Source: Acutalibacteraceae bacterium (GTDB taxonomy: Bacteria; Bacillota; Clostridia; Oscillospirales; Acutalibacteraceae). Taken from it: a stretch of DNA of 36,881 bases. The notes beneath the pieces were generated by a model, which ran no database searches, had not been told where the DNA came from, and saw only the letters and a program-made list of their open reading frames with translations. Shown here in pieces: positions 35,684 to 36,881 of the stretch (its first letter is position 1; each line of letters starts with the position of its first letter). Both the position numbers and the translations under genes were made by a program. Location: NCBI GenBank assembly GCA_045603355.1, contig JAZULY010000095.1, forward strand, positions 1 through 36,881, in the 5' to 3' direction.

Positions 35684-35772
35684 TAAATTATCAGATTGTA
35701 TTTTATTAGCGTTAAACTGCCGCAGGCAATATCACTTGTCGTAAGACAAATACCACTGCGAAGCAATAAAAC

Positions 35773-35800
35773 TGCCCAAGTGTCCTTTAACACTTGGGCA
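35773..35800. terminator. Perfect 11-bp hairpin, probably a terminator; the T-tract is better on the minus strand
   Basis: TGCCCAAGTGT-CCTTTA-ACACTTGGGCA. It is followed by GTTTTATTGCTT on the minus strand and ATAAATTTGTCTTT on the plus strand. Confidence 0.5.
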
Positions 35801-36051
35801 ATAAATTTGTCTTTATGGCTCCCGCTCTGCCGTAATGCGCTAATGATAACCTGCTTTATGGCAGGTGGGTGTCTCGTGCACGGCTTCGCGCTCCCTTCTT
35901 CCGTTATAACAACGGGTATACCGGCTATAACGGGAGGTCTGCAAGCCCACCGTACTATCCTGACCCCGATAAATAGCTTGTAGGGTTATAATAGAACAGT
36001 CCGCGAACAGAGCAGGATGTTTATATTATGTTTTAATTTTTGGTTTATATA

Positions 36052-36363
36052 CTACTGCTCTTCGATTTCAAAAGCATTCTGCAGTCGGTCGATAAACGCG
36101 TCGGCTATCATCTCATATTCTTCATCATCTTCGATTTCGCTGAAGAACTCTTCGCCGTCCTCTTCGTCAACCTTTACGATAACCAGCTCGCCGCTGTCAT
36201 CAAGCAGTGCCTGCGGGTCCTCGTGAATGGGCAGCAGCGCCATGTAACGCGCATCATCATTCTCAATTACATCGAGAACCTCGAAGGTATATTCGTTGCC
36301 CTCGTCGTCACTGAGATTTATAATATCGGGATTGTAATCGTCATTTATAATGTTTTCGCTCAT
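36052..36363 (-). CDS. DUF1292 family protein (YrzB-like, acidic)
   Basis: MSENIINDDYNPDIINLSDDEGNEYTFEVLDVIENDDARYMALLP... matches the DUF1292 pattern. I prefer ATG 36363 (AAAGGAGA SD) to the track start 36426. Confidence 0.8.
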   Translation of the reverse strand: MSENIINDDYNPDIINLSDDEGNEYTFEVLDVIENDDARYMALLPIHEDPQALLDDSGELVIVKVDEEDGEEFFSEIEDDEEYEMIADAFIDRLQNAFEIEEQ

Positions 36364-36397
36364 TTTTTCGTCTCCTTTATAAAGTTCCATCCTTTTT

Positions 36398-36426
36398 ATT
36401 TTAAAATATTTTTTGCCGTTAGTCAA
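36398..36426 (-). promoter_or_regulatory. Sigma-A-type promoter for the DUF1292 gene
   Basis: Minus strand TTGACT (36426-36421), 17 nt spacer, TAAAAT (36403-36398). Confidence 0.5.
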
Positions 36427-36516
36427 TAGAAATGCGTGCTGTTTTCACCTATTTTATGAAATTTTGTTGAAATTGCCGATTTTATAACTTTTACACAAAT
36501 TTTATTAACTTTTGTA

Positions 36517-36545
36517 TTGACAAATAGGTGATATTGTGCTATATT
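36517..36545 (+). promoter_or_regulatory. Sigma-A-type promoter with extended -10, driving the rightward leader/sRNA candidate
   Basis: TTGACA (36517-36522), 17 nt spacer, TGcTATATT (36537-36545). Confidence 0.55.
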
Positions 36546-36552
36546 ATAATCA

Positions 36553-36851
36553 AAGAAAAACAAGAAAGGACTGATACCGATGAACAAGGAAGCCAAACCG
36601 CATCGTATTGGTGTGAAAATTAAATAAGAAAGTGGTGAGTCCGAAGTACAGTTCAGCCCTTTAACAGACAAACAAAATTTTAATGAATGGTGAGTCCGAT
36701 GGTTTAAAAATTCTTTTTGAACAAAATACGACAAAAAACCATAAAACGAATTTGGTGCAGACCAATGATATAGATAAATGTAAACTCATAATTCTGAGTT
36801 AATAAAAATGAAACAAGGCAGGGAGACGGTAGTCTTCCTGTTTTGTTTTTT
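36553..36851 (+). ncRNA. Unclassified ~300-nt transcript candidate (cis-regulatory leader or sRNA), bounded by a promoter and an intrinsic terminator
   Basis: No ORF of 60 codons or more. Exact 12-nt duplicate TGGTGAGTCCGA at 36633-36644 and 36688-36699. A 15-codon mini-ORF at 36580-36627 has an SD. The terminator lies at 36811-36851. I cannot assign a family by eye. Confidence 0.3.
36811..36851 (+). terminator. Rho-independent terminator
   Basis: CAGGGAGAC (36819-36827), GGTA loop, GTCTTCCTG (36832-36840, one G-U), followed by TTTTGTTTTTT. The upstream AAACAAGG can extend the stem. Confidence 0.7.
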
Positions 36852-36881
36852 AAATTATTTGTACTTTTTGTAAAAATGTGT

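Noticed and set aside
35696-35983. 95-aa plus-strand ORF
   Set aside because: It has a TTG start and no SD. It spans a perfect 11-bp terminator-like hairpin and several nested helices and resembles no family. The region is treated as non-coding instead.
35800-36016. Assignment of the structured region to SRP RNA, 6S RNA, tmRNA, RNase P or a c-di-AMP/c-di-GMP riboswitch
   Set aside because: Some short strings are suggestive (minus-strand GGTCAGG resembles SRP helix 8). The defining consensus elements are missing: the GGAA tetraloop context, GAGGAAAGTCC, a tag ORF with a tRNA-like end, and the ACGGGG pairs.
36017-36734. ORFs 36017-36226 (+), 36040-36429 (+) and 36423-36734 (-)
   Set aside because: The first two are antisense to the well-supported DUF1292 gene (one is Ser-rich and low complexity). 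The third overlaps two promoters and the leader RNA candidate and has no SD or domain signature.
36553-36851. T-box riboswitch assignment for the right-edge leader
   Set aside because: UGGU-containing motifs are present. However, I could not find the conserved T-box sequence (GGUGGUACCGCG-like), a specifier-loop/K-turn stem I, or an antiterminator overlapping the terminator. The class is left open.

Overview
This window looks like a low-GC Firmicutes/Clostridia-type chromosome segment (AGGAGG-type Shine-Dalgarno sites, TTGACA-17-TATAAT promoters, MtaB, DUF1292, Cys-rich AbrB, long-form GalT). Positions 1-23338 form one minus-strand surface-polysaccharide (eps/cps-like) operon of at least 23 tightly packed genes behind a single recognisable promoter. 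It combines three modules. (a) A di-N-acetylbacillosamine-type initiation block: DegT-family aminotransferase, small PglC-type phosphoglycosyl transferase, NeuD/PglD-type acetyltransferase and a GT4. (b) A CDP-glucose-derived 6-deoxyhexose block: rfbF, rfbG, a reductase and an RmlC-like epimerase, with no 3-dehydrase. (c) A distal block with a KdsB-like cytidylyltransferase, a DRE-TIM (HMGL-like) aldolase fused to a DUF115/Maf-like domain, a second stand-alone DUF115 protein, two tandem paralogous Wzx flippases and two tandem acyltransferase-3 genes. One of those acyltransferase genes is absent from the ORF track because it runs off the left edge. The operon also holds several GT2/GT4 enzymes, an EpsG-type polymerase and a pyruvyl transferase translationally coupled to an FrhB-like Fe-S protein. 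To the right lie a PfkB kinase with an IMPase-family phosphatase, a divergent galT, a DUF4234 membrane protein and tRNA-Ser(GGA) followed by unusual interleaved inverted heptad repeats. Next come a cell-wall trio (GH25 muramidase, amidase-domain protein, CE4 deacetylase with Ig-like repeats), mtaB-copA-copZ, an unannotated 59-codon gene with a consensus promoter and an AbrB-family regulator. The right end carries a frameshifted SLOG/DUF2493 gene divergent from a small XRE regulator with twin palindromic operators, a structured non-coding stretch, a DUF1292 gene and a promoter-to-terminator leader/sRNA candidate. I saw no CRISPR array, rRNA, transposase or integrase. All functional calls come from reading motifs in the supplied translations by eye; no database search was possible.
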